From Octopus sinensis (lineage: Eukaryota): a stretch of 64,000 nt of DNA. The position numbers and the translations under genes are program-made. The stretch is taken from NCBI RefSeq assembly GCF_006345805.1, contig NC_043014.1, forward strand, positions 49,662,001-49,726,000. Reading direction: 5' to 3'. The notes beneath the pieces were generated by a model, which did no database searches, had not been told where the DNA came from, and saw only the letters and a program-made list of their open reading frames with translations. Below, piece after piece: positions 49,861-62,349 of the stretch (positions are counted from its first letter, which is position 1; each line of letters opens with the position of its first letter).

Positions 49861-50589
49861 AAGACACCTTGTGGGTTTGGGGCAGAAGGAGAATTCTCTC
49901 TCAATCGAAGTTCAAGTTACGAAGATATCCTAAATCCTCAATTAAATTTCCCCAATACAAATAATGGTTTGTCATCATATTCAAAAGTTGTTGTTTTCAA
50001 TCTCTGTTCATATTTTATTTTAACTGTATTTTTCCAGCAGAGATAGCTTTTGGTATATGGTTATGAAAGTATAATTAAAGATGACATTTTAATCTCAAGT
50101 TATCTTAATAATATGACTAAAAGTAAAATTTCATAAATGCTTTATTCTCTGAGCACAAGAAATAACTCGATAACAATATAGTTTTTTATATATGTATATA
50201 CAAAGTAAAGATAAGCCTAATCAGCTAATGTACCAAGCTTTAGGTTTTTTTTAAACTCCCACCCACTCTGTTTTTTTTACCTGCACAGTTTCTAATAATC
50301 CTCTCAAGATCAATTTCTGTGGAAATGCTTTATTCAAAAGCTCATTCTTGCTAAACCAACAAGTCGGTTTTTAACCCTTCAGTATTCAGATTACTCTGCC
50401 AGAAGCAGTATTTAGTCACATTGTTTTGAAGTACTCATGCAGTATATTGTAGATATAACCCTCTCGTACCTGAGCCCTTGTGTCTAGTCTTTTAGCAAAG
50501 CTTCAGACCAACCCAAAGCCACATGAGGTGGAATTTAGTAGAAAGAAGTCTTTGAGACAATGGAAGTACAGACACACACACAAACATAC

Positions 50590-50755
50590 ACGGCAGACTT
50601 CTTTCAGCTTCTGTCTACCAAATCCATTCACAAGACTTTGGTCGACCCAAGGCTATTGTAGAAAACACTTGCCCAAAGTGCCATGCAGTGGGATGGAACC
50701 CAGAACCTTGTGATTGGTAAGCAAGCTTCTTACCACACAGCCATGCTTGTGCCTA
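50590..50755 (-). mobile_element. SINE family A head half
   Basis: Reverse complement of the head. Confidence 0.8.
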
Positions 50756-51194
50756 ATATGAAAAAAATGTTTTTAATATGGTAAAAAAAAATGCCTACCG
50801 GGAGATGTTGTTGAGAGTTTAAATTTCATATATTTTCTTTAATAATCTAACCATATGTAACCTAATTTAACCTAACCAACCATAATGATAGGTTAAGTTT
50901 CATTATTTAAGAATTTCAGAAGGCATAATTTACCCTACATTCAACTGGTGACTCAGACTTAAGTGGTTATAACATTCAAGGTACCTTGGCTCTGGGTCAC
51001 CATGACAATCCAAGAAGGTGCTGGTTAAAACACTAACAGTAACCAAATGTAACAGCAGAGGGGTGCCTAGGAAATAGATGGATAGATATATGATGGGCTT
51101 CCAGTCAGTTTCCATCTACCAGATCCACTCACAAGGCTTCGGTTGACCCAAGACTCCAGTAGTAGGCATTTGCTCAAGGCAGCTCAGCCGTCTT

Positions 51195-51512
51195 TGTTGT
51201 TGTTATATGTTGTCTGTTCCTTCTCGAGCCATGCCTGGCTCATAAGGGCCGGTTTCCTGGTTTCCTTGGCGTATAGGTTCCCCACCTGGACGGGACGCCA
51301 GTCCATTGCAGGTGAGCTGCAAGATGCAGGAGGAAAGAGTAAGAGAAAGTTGTGGCGAAAGAGTCAGCAGAAGTTCGCCATTACCTTCTGCTGGAGCCGC
51401 ATGGAGCTTACGTGTTTCGCTCAAAAACATACACATCGCCCGGTCTGAGATTCGAACCCGTGATCCCTCGACTGTGAGTCTGCTGCTCTAACCACTAGGC
51501 CATGTGCTTCCA
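51195..51512 (-). mobile_element. SINE family E
   Basis: Matches 23905-24202. Confidence 0.9.
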
Positions 51513-51799
51513 CAGCCCTCTTTGGGTGTAAGGAGTTAAGAGATGAAACACTTGTATATGGAGGTACTTCTTCCCTGAAGACTTTCTGCTGTTTAGCTTT
51601 TCCCTAGAGTTTCTTACTACCTACCTTTATAAATATACAAAATATTTAGGCATAGGCATCGCTGTTTGGTAAAACTTTTATTTCCCAATCACATGGTTCC
51701 GGGATCAGTCCCAAGTGTGTTCAGCTGTAGACTCATGTTTGACCAAAGCCTTGTGAGTGGATTTGGTTGGTGAAAATTGTGTGCATGATGATTGTACAT

Positions 51800-52199
51800 A
51801 CTCTTTTACTCTTTTACTCTTTTACTTGTTTCACTCATTTGACTGCGGCCATGCTGGAGCACCGCCTTTAGTCGAGCAACTCGACTCCGGGACTTATTCT
51901 TTTGTAAGCCCAGTACTTATTCTATCGGTCTCTTTTGCCGAAACGCTAAGTGACGGGGACGTAAACACACCAGCATCAGTTGTCAAGCAATGCTAGGGGG
52001 ACAAACACAGACACACATACATACATACATATATATATACGACAGGCTTCTTTCAGTTTCCGTCTACCAAATCCACTCACAAGGCATTGGTTGGCCCGGG
52101 GCTATAGCAGAAGACACTTGCCCAAGATGCCACGCAGTGGGACTGAACCTGGAACCATGTGGTTGGTAAGCAAGCTACTTACCACACAGCCACTCCTGC
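51800..52199 (-). mobile_element. SINE family A, full length
   Basis: Complete reverse-complement copy. Confidence 0.92.
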
Positions 52200-52508
52200 T
52201 GTATATATTTTTATCTACTTACTTGTACTTGTGGCGACATTAGGTGGTTCGTTCAACATCCTTAAACAATCCTTATTCAGGGACCTTTTGAGCGGGATGG
52301 GTTACTCGACCAGAAGAAAATTCTAACTGGGCCCCACCTGCAAGGTCATGCACCGTTTATCTTGATATGAGATCACCATGTCGCACACATATGGTTGTGA
52401 TGCATGTACTTAGTGTACCCTTATCAGATGGGTAGTCATAATGGGTATACTGGGCTTTGTATATTTTAACCCAGTGTCACTTTGATGGCATACACTGCTC
52501 TCTCACTC

Positions 52509-52509
<1 letters not shown>

Positions 52510-52570
<61 letters not shown>

Positions 52571-52798
52571 TTTCTATTATAGGCTCAAAGTCTGAAATTT
52601 TGGAGAGGGGTACAAATGATCAGGAGGGGAACAATCGATTACATCGGACCCATTGTTCAACTGGTACTTATTTTATTTACTCCAAAAGGATATAAGGCTA
52701 AGTCAACCTCAGTGGAATTGGAACTCAGAACCTGAGGACAGATGAAATGCCACAAAGCATTTTGCCTAGCATGCTAACAATTCTGCCAACTTTCCACC

Positions 52799-52848
<50 letters not shown>

Positions 52849-53189
52849 TAGTGAGTTTAGTTTAATGGTCTACCAATGTATACTGTGAGTTTCTTTGCCC
52901 TAGGAGTCGGGAAGACACTCGGCAAGAAATGGAAGCAAATTTGAAAGAAGAAAAAACCCATAAATCATAATAATAATAATAAATGATAATAATAATAGTG
53001 CTTCTAGGCAACATACATAAAGCAGTTTCAAAACAGTGAAAATAAGAGCACCACAACAAACCACAGCACATACCCAAGGCACACAGAGCTGTGCTCAATT
53101 GTGTAGTGAAAGCATGTAATAAAAATATGGCTACTGAATAATAATAATGATAATGATAATAATAATAGAATAATAGTAATAATAATATG

Positions 53190-53228
<39 letters not shown>

Positions 53229-53338
53229 TAATAATAATGATAATAATATAATAATAAGATGATAAATAATGATGATAATAATAATAATAATAAAATATAA
53301 TATTATAATAATAATGAATATAATAATAATACTAGTAA

Positions 53339-53373
<35 letters not shown>

Positions 53374-53453
53374 ATAAAATAGTAATAATAATAATAATAA
53401 TATGATAATAATAATAATAGTAGTATAATAATAATAATAATAATAATAATGAT

Positions 53454-53499
<46 letters not shown>

Positions 53500-53526
53500 G
53501 TAATAATAATAATAATAATGATGATG

Positions 53527-53575
<49 letters not shown>

Positions 53576-53590
53576 GATGATGATGCTGGT
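52510..53590. repeat. (AAT)n field with embedded SINE B (52590-52800, minus) and LINE 3'-end-like fragments (52860-53140)
   Basis: Direct inspection. Confidence 0.8.
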
Positions 53591-53599
53591 TTCTACTTT

Positions 53600-54000
53600 A
53601 CATACAAGGCCAACAGTTTTGCAATGAGGCTATTAGTTAATTACATCAACACCAGTCCTTCACTAGTACATTATTTTATTGACCGTGAAAGGATGAAAAG
53701 CAAGATGACCTTGGCAAGATTTGAACTGAGAGTGTATTGAGCCAAAACAAGTACAAAGCATTTTTTTCTGGCGTTCTAATGATGGTTTCAAATTTTGCCA
53801 CAAGGGCAGTAGTTTTGCGGGAGGGGATTAGTTGACTACATCGACCCCCAGTCTTCAATTGGTACTTATTTAATCGACCCCGAAAGGATAAAAGACAAAG
53901 TCGACCTCGGCGGAATTTGAACTCAGAATGTAGCGATGGGCGAAATGTCATTAAGCATCTCGTCCAGCGTGCTAACAACTCTGCCAGCTCTCCACCTTCT
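53600..54000 (-). mobile_element. Two SINE family B variant copies
   Basis: B core cgaccccgaaaggat...aaagtcgacctcggcgg. Confidence 0.82.
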
Positions 54001-54331
54001 GGCATTCTAATAATATTATTAGGCAGTGATCTGGCAGAATCATTAATGTGCTGGATGAAATGCTAAGCGGTATTTCGACCATCGCTACGTTCTGAGTTCA
54101 AATTCTGCCAAGGTTGACGTTGCCTTTCATCATTTTGGGGGGTCGATAAAATAAGTACCAGTCGAACACTGAGGTCACTGTAATCGACTTTTCCCCTACC
54201 CTGAAATTGCTTGCCTTGTGCCAAAATGTGAAACCATCATCATCATCATCATCACCATCACCATCACCATCATCATCATCATCATCATCATCACCATCAC
54301 CACCATCAATCATCATCATCATCATCATCAT

Positions 54332-54384
<53 letters not shown>

Positions 54385-54739
54385 TTATCATAAAATAAGC
54401 ACCAGTTGGGCATGAGGGAATCGACGTCATCGATTTACCCCATCCCTGGAAATTGCTGGCCTTGTGCCAAAATTTGAAACCATTGTTATACTTATTCATT
54501 TACTAAGAGTTTCTAATATGAGCGTAAAGGCTGAAATTTTGAGGGGAGGGGGAACATTTGATGATATCAACATCAGTACATAACTGGTACTTCATTTTTA
54601 TCAACCCTAGAAGTATGAAAGGCAAAATTGACTTTGGCAGGATTTGAACTCAGAATGTAAAGAAATGCCACAAGGCATTTCGTCTGTTGCTCCAACGATT
54701 CTACCAATTCGTGACGACGACAGCGATGACCATCAGAGC

Positions 54740-55215
54740 TATCACAAGAAATACTACACCACCGCTGTCTCACTACTACCGTCAATACAACCACCATCAA
54801 CACCTCAACCACCACCACACAACACAGTCAATGCCAACATCACCCCATACCACCACCACCACCACCAACACCGCTGCCACCACCACCATCAACACCACCA
54901 CCACCACCGCCACCACCACCACCACCCCACACAACCCCACATCACCCAACATCACCACCACCCTACACCACCACCACACAACACAGTTAATACCAACATG
55001 ACCCACACCGCCAATACCGCTGCCACCACCACCACCACCACCCCACACTCCCACCGCCCCACCCCGCCTCACACCACTACCACCACCAGCAGCAATTACA
55101 ACAATAGTGGTATTTCAAGGTTAAAAATGTTATCTATCCAAAAAACGACATTCCTTTCTGCAGATCCAAATGAAAGAATCTCGGCTTTGTCATCCTTCTC
55201 GACCAGCTAGAAATA
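54740..55215 (-). mobile_element. Unclassified repeat carrying a long (GGT/GTT)n tract; second copy at 60318-60700 (+)
   Basis: Shared ~110-bp block ctagctggtcgagaagga...ccttgaaataccactattgtt in both copies. Confidence 0.75.
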
Positions 55216-55279
55216 GCAACCAAATTTACCCTCGAAACAAAAAAACCCCTACTATCTCCAAATTAAACGATGGGAGAAG

Positions 55280-55660
55280 GAAGCACTCTGTCGGTTACGA
55301 CGACGAGGGTTCTGGTTGATCCGATCAACGGAACAGCCTGCTCGTGAAATTAACGTGTAAGTGGCTGAGCACTCCACAGACATGTGTACCCTTAACGTAG
55401 TTCTTGGGGATATTCAGCATGACACAGAGAGTGACAAGGCTGGCCCTTTGAAATACAGGTACAACAGAAACAGGAAGTAAGAGTGAGAGAAAGTTGTGGT
55501 GAAAGAGTACAGCAGGGATCAGCACCATCCCCTGCCGGAGCCTCGTGGAGCTTTTAGGTGTTTTCGCTCAATAAACACTCACAACGCCCGGTCTGGGAAT
55601 CGAAACTGCGATCCTTCGACCGCGAGTCCGCTGCCCTAACCACTGAGCCATTGCGCCTCC
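55280..55660 (-). mobile_element. SINE family C, full length
   Basis: Head ggaggcgcaatggctcagtggttagggcagcgg; tail gtcgtcgtaaccgac. Confidence 0.92.
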
Positions 55661-55711
55661 TAAAGGATGGACACATTAGGTAAACATCAACAACAGCAGC
55701 AGCACCAACAA

Positions 55712-56090
55712 GGAGGCGCAATGGCCCAATGGTTAGGGCAGCGGATTCGTGGTCTGAGGATCGCGGTTTCGATTCCCAGACTGGGCGTTGTGAGTGTTTA
55801 TTGAGCGAAAACACCTAAAGCTCCACAAGGCTCCGACAGGGGGTGGTGGCGACCCCTGTTGTACTCTTTCGCTCCAACTTTCTCTCACTCTTTCTTCCTC
55901 TTTCTTGTCCCCGAGTTCCTACACAACCGCTAAGCCTGGATGCGCATTCATCCATCCGTCGATGCTCTCGGTGGGGGGTGGGGGGTCGACCTGCTTTCTC
56001 TTCTGCGGGTTTTACGAATAGCAAAGGACCACAATTCGGACTTCTCCCACTTTGGATGAAGACCGCTTCGCTCAACAACAACAACAACAG
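55712..56090 (+). mobile_element. SINE with family C head and a distinct (CAA)n-ended tail (family G)
   Basis: Shares ~200 bp with C, then diverges at gagttcctacacaacc. Confidence 0.85.
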
Positions 56091-56361
56091 CATCCTTCTC
56101 TGTTTGTTACAACAGTCTAAATATAGTGGTTAGGAAATTGAAGGTGTCAGGGTTAGCCCCTGTTGTTCAGCCCTAGGCTAGTCTTTATTCCACAGCAGGT
56201 CTAGGATCAAAGGTGTTCTAATCATACCGCATTCTTTTATGTATCAAGCACTTTAATACTTTATACGTATTGTTGTTGTTGTTCAACCCTAGGTCAACTT
56301 TTATCCTGTAGGTCTATGATGAAAGAGTCCAGTCATGACTATGCCATTGATATTGAAATAT

Positions 56362-56397
<36 letters not shown>

Positions 56398-56399
56398 GT

Positions 56400-56615
56400 A
56401 TATAGTTAATCCAAACATGAAAACACAAAGAGAAAACACAACAACGCAAGGACGTGGAACAAATATAGTATTATTGGACGCTCAGGAAGGAAGGGAAGAA
56501 GGAGGGTTTAACGTTTTGAGCGGAGCTCTTCGTCGGAAACATAGGAGAAGGAAAGATCCTGAGAAGGGAAGACAGAGGAAAAAAAATCGACAACGGTACA
56601 CACGCAGTCACCACC
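56400..56615 (-). mobile_element. PLE pLTR fragment with degenerate hammerhead
   Basis: Minus strand GTTT CCGACGA AGAGC tcc GCTC AAAAC GTT AAAC at 56540-56506; flanked by (CA/TA)n. Confidence 0.5.
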
Positions 56616-56622
56616 ATCACTC

Positions 56623-56756
<134 letters not shown>

Positions 56757-56849
56757 AAGTGATGGTGGAGGGCCAAATACATACACAAATATATACATAT
56801 ATATGATGAGCTTCTTTCAGTTTCCATCTACTAAATCCACTCACAAGAC

Positions 56850-57678
56850 TCTGCATCATGTCACGCGAGCAGGACAACCCAGACATGGCTGTCAGACAAT
56901 TTCTGCAACCACATCACCCCTAACATCTGGCCACTTGACTCCCCAGACTGCAACCCCCTTGATTATTATGTGTGGGATGCAGTTGGGTGAAAGACCAACA
57001 AAACTCCCTTGTAACACCAAAGATGAAGAGAAGGAAACGATTATGGCAGCATTCACCAACTTAAACAAGGAGACTGTCCGGAAGTGTTGCAGGAGATTCT
57101 GAAGTCGTCTGGAGACTGTGGTTGAGGCCAATGGCGATTTTATTGAATAAATTAATGGAATGGAAGCACTCCGTCGGTTACGACGACGAGGGTTCCAGTT
57201 GATCCAATCAACGGAACAGCCTGCTCGTGAAATTAACGTGTAAGTGGCTGAGCACTCCACAGACACGTGTACCCTTAACGTAGTTCTCGGGGATATTCAG
57301 CGTGACACAGAGAGTGACAAGGCTGGCCCTTTGAAATACAGGTACAACAGAAACAGGAAGTAAGAGTGAGAGAAAGTTGTGGTGAAAGAGTACAGCAGGG
57401 ATCACCACCATCCCCTGCCGGAGCCTCGTGGAGCTTTAGGTGTTTTCACTCAATAAACACTCACAACGCCCGGTCTGGGAATCGAAACCACGATCCTATG
57501 ACCACGAGTCCGCTGCCCTAACCACTGGGCCATTGCGCCTCCATTAACTGAATAAATTAAATCTTTAGTATCTCAAGATATTTTTATGTAACTTTGGTAC
57601 ATATATCTGTCAAAATGAGATGTCTGTGTTATTTTCATTTTTGCGTAATTTAGACGACAGTTTATTCACCTCACCCTG
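56850..57678 (+). mobile_element. Tc1/mariner (maT/DD37D-like) transposon 3' part, interrupted by SINE C
   Basis: [39 protein letters not shown] (frameshifted); terminal caccctg|TA at 57678. Confidence 0.82.
57158..57542 (-). mobile_element. SINE family C with ~12-bp TSD
   Basis: tgaataaattaa at 57144-57155 and 57549-57560. Confidence 0.92.
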
Positions 57679-58089
57679 TATACACACACACAACACACAC
57701 ACACATTTGGGAAGATGATGATGCAGATGGGAATGGTTCTAGCCGATATTAACAACTGTTGCTACAATGAAAACAGCATAGAAAAAAAAAATGAGCAAAA
57801 CAAACAAATATAACAAAGAAAAAACAAAACAAAGTAAGAACATTACTGAATTTTGTTCCCAGCTGATCATTATAATTAAGGCTTAATTAATTTGTGATTA
57901 AATTTAATGAGATGAATGAGGAAGTTGAATAACGAAGTGGATTGGCAACGAGGAGTGACTCACTTCAGAGAACAACAAATATTACAGGTATTTTCTGATT
58001 TGTCCTTGTAGGACTGTTTTTTAGGGACCAAGGGAAAGAGGAAGGGGCCATTCCCACGACCTTATGTGTGTGTGTGCTTATGTTTGTGT

Positions 58090-58620
58090 CAGTAGATGTC
58101 TTTTATCTTGTTTCAGCCATTTGACGGTGTCCATGCTGGAGCACCAATTGATAGGTTTAGCCAAACAAATTAACTCCGGTACTTATTTTTTAAAGTCTGG
58201 TCGATGGAAACTGTGTGGAAGCCTGTTTAGCATCATCATCATCATCATCATCATCATCATTTTAATGTCCATTTTTTTCATTTTTGCATGGATTGGATGG
58301 AGTTTAATAAAGCAAATTTTCTAAGGCCATTTTTTTTTGTCTACCAAATCCACTTACAAGGCTTGGTTGGCCCATGGTTATAGTAGAGGACACTTACCAA
58401 AGGTGCCATGCAGTGGGACTGAACCCAAAACCATGTGACTGGGAAGCAAATTTCTTAACAGCATAGCCATGTGTGTCTGTGTTCATCTGTGCTTTGTAGC
58501 CCACCGCCACTTGTAAACTAGTGTTGGTTTGTTTATGTCCCTATAATTTCTGATTCATCAAAAAGTGATTGATAGAATAAGTAACAGACTTGAAAACTAA
58601 GGTGGGGGGATAAATTTGTT
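58090..58620. mobile_element. Cluster of degraded SINE A and D fragments
   Basis: Partial matches in both orientations. Confidence 0.7.
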
Positions 58621-59062
58621 TGACTTAATTGTTTGACTAGATTGGTTAAAATTACCCAAATACGACAACTTTAACACGAAATGACTTCTAAAATACAAAA
58701 TTTTGCCAAAAATGTTCAAGGTAAACCGTGTTCTGTGTGAGAAATTACACCAGTATACAAAGGTTAGTTAAAAAAAATTTAATTAAAAAATCCGTGAACC
58801 AAGCTGAACCTATCCAACTTTTCAAGGTAGTGACTTAACGAAGTAAAAGATAAATTAAGAACAGTAATAAATGAGTGAAAAATGAATATATAGTGTGTGT
58901 GTTTATTTGGCAAAAAAGAAAAAAAGAAAAAATGACCTTCCCGAAATACAACATGTTTCAACACACGACTTCACATCAGGAATGTTGCAACACAAATTCA
59001 CAAACGGTTATTTTTGTTTTATCTTTATATATTTCTTCTTTAATTTTCCTGCCAGAATTATA

Positions 59063-59619
59063 TTGGGTTGTCCGGAAGGTTCATGCCGATTTATAGCAGC
59101 TTACCTTTCGACTTATTTTAGAACATGGTTGAGTCCATAAAATAGGACTTGACTACACCTCCATTTAGAGCACTATCTTTTCGTGGAAGAAGGTTTATGT
59201 TCCTATAACCTGTGTTAATTCTGTAACCCTTTAAAATGGAAGATAAGAAAGTTCATTTTCGGCACTTGATGCATTGGGAACCAGACAAAAATTGCTGCAG
59301 CTCGGCTGGGATGTGTTACCCCAGCCTCCATATTCACCAGATATTGCTCCTTTGGATTTCCACTTATTCAGGTCTCTGCGGAATAGTCTTAATGGTAAAA
59401 ATTTCAATTCCTTGGATGACGTAAAAAGATAGCTTGATAAATTCTTTGCCATGAAACCACCTCAATTCTGGGAAGAGGGTATTTTCAAATTAAAGGAAAG
59501 ATGGAGATGCATTGTGCAACAAAATGGTTCATATTTGGTTGATTAAATATGCAATGGCAAATATTTATTGACCTTTTTCTTTCCTTTAGAAATCTGCATG
59601 AACTTTCTGGACAACCCAA
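59063..59619 (+). mobile_element. Internally deleted mariner element (557 bp)
   Basis: TIRs ttgggttgtcc.gaa.gttcatgc; TA TSD at 59061-59062 and 59620-59621; SPDIAPLDFHLFRSL..WEEGIFKLKERWRCIVQQNGSY. Confidence 0.92.
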
Positions 59620-59905
59620 TAGAATTTGGAGAAATTAAAAACTAGAAACAATTCATAAATCCCAGACTTCAAAATTTTGGCAGCATCAGAATGGACATTC
59701 TGAAGGTGAGGTGGTGTTACTTGCTGGGTTTAGGGGGCTAGTTGTGACCATCACATCAAATTTTCAGACACAAGACACAAAAATTACACCATTGAATGTG
59801 CTCTTTTCTAAGAAGCAAATTTAGCTGTTATAACTAGCAAGTGGGATGCCACACATAAAGGGTCCTTTGTTAGGTCATTGAAAGTGTATTTGCAGTTTAG
59901 CTTTG

Positions 59906-60206
59906 TTTGTTCCTTCTCAAGCCATGCCTGGCTCATAAGGGCCAGTTTTCCCGTTTTCCTTGGCGTATAGGTTCCCCACCTGGATGGGACATTGGTCCAT
60001 CGCAGGTGAGCTGCAAGATGCAGGAGGAAAGAGTGAGAGAAAGTTGTGGCAAAAGAGTCAGCAGAAGTTCGCCATTACCTTCTGCCGGAGCCGCGTGGAG
60101 CTTAGGTGTTTCGCTCATAAACACACAAATCGCCCGGTCTGAGATTCGAACCCACGCTCCCTCAACCGCGAGTCTGCTGCTCTAACCACTAGGCCATGTG
60201 CCTCCA
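59906..60206 (-). mobile_element. SINE family E
   Basis: Matches 23905-24202; flanking tttagctttg repeat. Confidence 0.9.
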
Positions 60207-60512
60207 CTAGTTTAGCTTTGATGAAGCAGACGTATGATCAGTGTGGTTTCATTTGAGATCATATCATTTTATTTTGAAATGAAATGTATTCAATTGTTTT
60301 GAAAGTAAATTGCCTGCTATTTCTAGCTGGTCGAGAAGGACGACAAAGTGGAGATTCTTTCATTTGGATCGTGGAAAGGAATGTCGTTTTGGATAGATAA
60401 CATTTTTAACCTTGAAATACCACTATTGTTGTTGTTGTTGGTGTTGTTGTTGTTGGTGTTGTTGTTGTTGTTGTTGTTGTTGTTGCTGCTGCTGCTGCTG
60501 TTGTTGTTGTTG

Positions 60513-60557
<45 letters not shown>

Positions 60558-60839
60558 TTGTTGTTGGTGGTGGTGGTGGTGGTGGTGTTGTTGTTGTTAT
60601 TGGTGGTGGTGGTGGTGGTGGCGGTGGTGTTGGTGGTGATGGTGGTGTTGATGGTTGGGGTGTGCAATATATGGAATGTTGTGGTCATATCTGGGCAGGT
60701 GCACCATCTTTTCGTTTGGATCTCCTCGATCAAGTTCAGAGGCGAGTCCCTAATTCGATTGGCCCCTCTCTTGCTTCAACACTGCAACCCTTGTCACATT
60801 GCGTGTGACATTGCCAGTCTTAGTCTGTTCCATTCATAA

Positions 60840-61445
60840 TTGGCACAAGTGCTCCGATGAGCTATCTGCCATACTGGAACTGTCCTTTTCCATGGTCAGA
60901 ATCACTTTGTTGAAAAAGAACTGAGCTGTCCATGTACAAAACAATAAACACTTTTTATCCAAAATTATTTTCAAAGAACTTTTCTTATCAATCCCAGGCA
61001 GCAAAGTTTGAAGCCAACAAAAATATAATGAATTCTTCCAACTGCTGACAGCAGTGATAAAAATGTAGTATTACCATATTTGTTATAGTTTTTTTCTCTT
61101 CTTTTTTTTTTTTTGTATTCCATGTCTGCAAAGTCACAAAATTCCTTCAGTTGTCTAACACGAATTGTGTAGATGTGAGAATATTTGAAACATTTCCAAA
61201 TAAGTGCTGTAGTATCATTGGGTAATATCAACAGTCGGAGACAGATGTGCACTGTGCTTGGAGACAATTGTGCAGTGAGCTTGGAGACATTTGTGCACTA
61301 TATGCATGTCACAACTAAAACCAGCAAGGTGCTTTCAGAGTTTGGTTTTTTTTAATCATCTGAAAAATAGGTTCTTGCCTTTCCGATTTTCCACTGCTAA
61401 AATATATGCTGTTGTCATCTCAATATATGCTGTTGTCATCAATTT
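60840..61445 (-). pseudogene. hAT-superfamily transposase remnant
   Basis: CMHIVHKC, IYTIRVRQLKEFCDF and GNTTFLSLLSAVGRI resemble the CxxH and RWLSL.PAVERIL motifs. Confidence 0.6.
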
Positions 61446-61514
61446 TTTCACCCCAACTCATGTTTGTCAGGAACTCAGATGAGGGCATCAGTCAGTTCTT
61501 GGTTATCTAACCTG

Positions 61515-61810
61515 GAATCATATATATATATATTGCCAGCCTCGTCTGGCCCCCGTGCCGATGGCACGTAAAAAGCACCATCAGATCGTAACTGTTTGCC
61601 AGCCTCGTCTGGCACCTGTGCAGGTGACACATAAAAAGCACCCACTACACTCTCGGAGTGGTTGTCGTTAGGAAGGGCATCCAGCTGTAGAAACACTGCC
61701 AGATCAGACTTGGCCTGGCGCAGCCTTCTGGCTTCCCAGACCCCAGTTGAACCATCCAACCCATGCTAGCATGGAAAATGGACGTTAAACGATGATGATG
61801 ATGATGATGA
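61515..61810 (+). mobile_element. SINE family D
   Basis: Conserved body and (GAT)n tail. Confidence 0.88.
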
Positions 61811-61864
61811 TATATATATACACAATTGAGAAATAGGGTAAAATCTTTATGAGAATTTATCAAG

Positions 61865-62347
61865 TAGTTAGCGTGAAAAACCTCATAAGGAAAAATCCAT
61901 CAATTATTCCTCTTAAATATATTTACTTACATTAAGGGCATTACTATACATAAATGTCTCACACTAGGAGGGACTCTTAAAGTCAAAACTACCATAATAA
62001 ATAAACACACTCAAGTTCAGTACAATGTGTTTATTTATTATGGTAGTTTTGACTTTAAGGGTCCCTCCTTGTGTGAGGCATTTATGTATAGTAATGCACT
62101 TAATATAAGTATATATATATATATATTAATAGTAATCGTATGACAACAAAATAATGAATGAGACCTCGATATTATGTAAATAGAGGAATTTATCTGTAAT
62201 ATAATATGTGACAATTATTTGGTTGCCATAATAAAACTCTGAGTTTCAGATGTTGGGGCAGAAATCTGCTCCAGCATCTCATCAGTTATTAAGACAATCA
62301 AAAAATGTCTTAATAACTGATGAGATGCCGGAGCAGATTTCTGCCCC
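61865..62347 (-). mobile_element. PLE pLTR remnant with two fold-back inverted repeats
   Basis: Arms 61925-62009/62026-62110 and 62255-62296/62306-62347; contains a hammerhead motif. Confidence 0.65.
62229..62291 (-). ncRNA. Type-I hammerhead ribozyme candidate with extended stem II
   Basis: TAATAA CTGATGA GATGcTGGaGCAG-attt-CTGCcCCAaCATC T GAAA CTC A GAG T T TTATTA. Confidence 0.62.
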
Positions 62348-62349
62348 AA

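Noticed and set aside
59236-59545. Domesticated SETMAR-like gene
   Set aside because: Frameshifted and stop-containing fragment inside intact TIRs and a TA TSD, i.e. an ordinary deleted mariner
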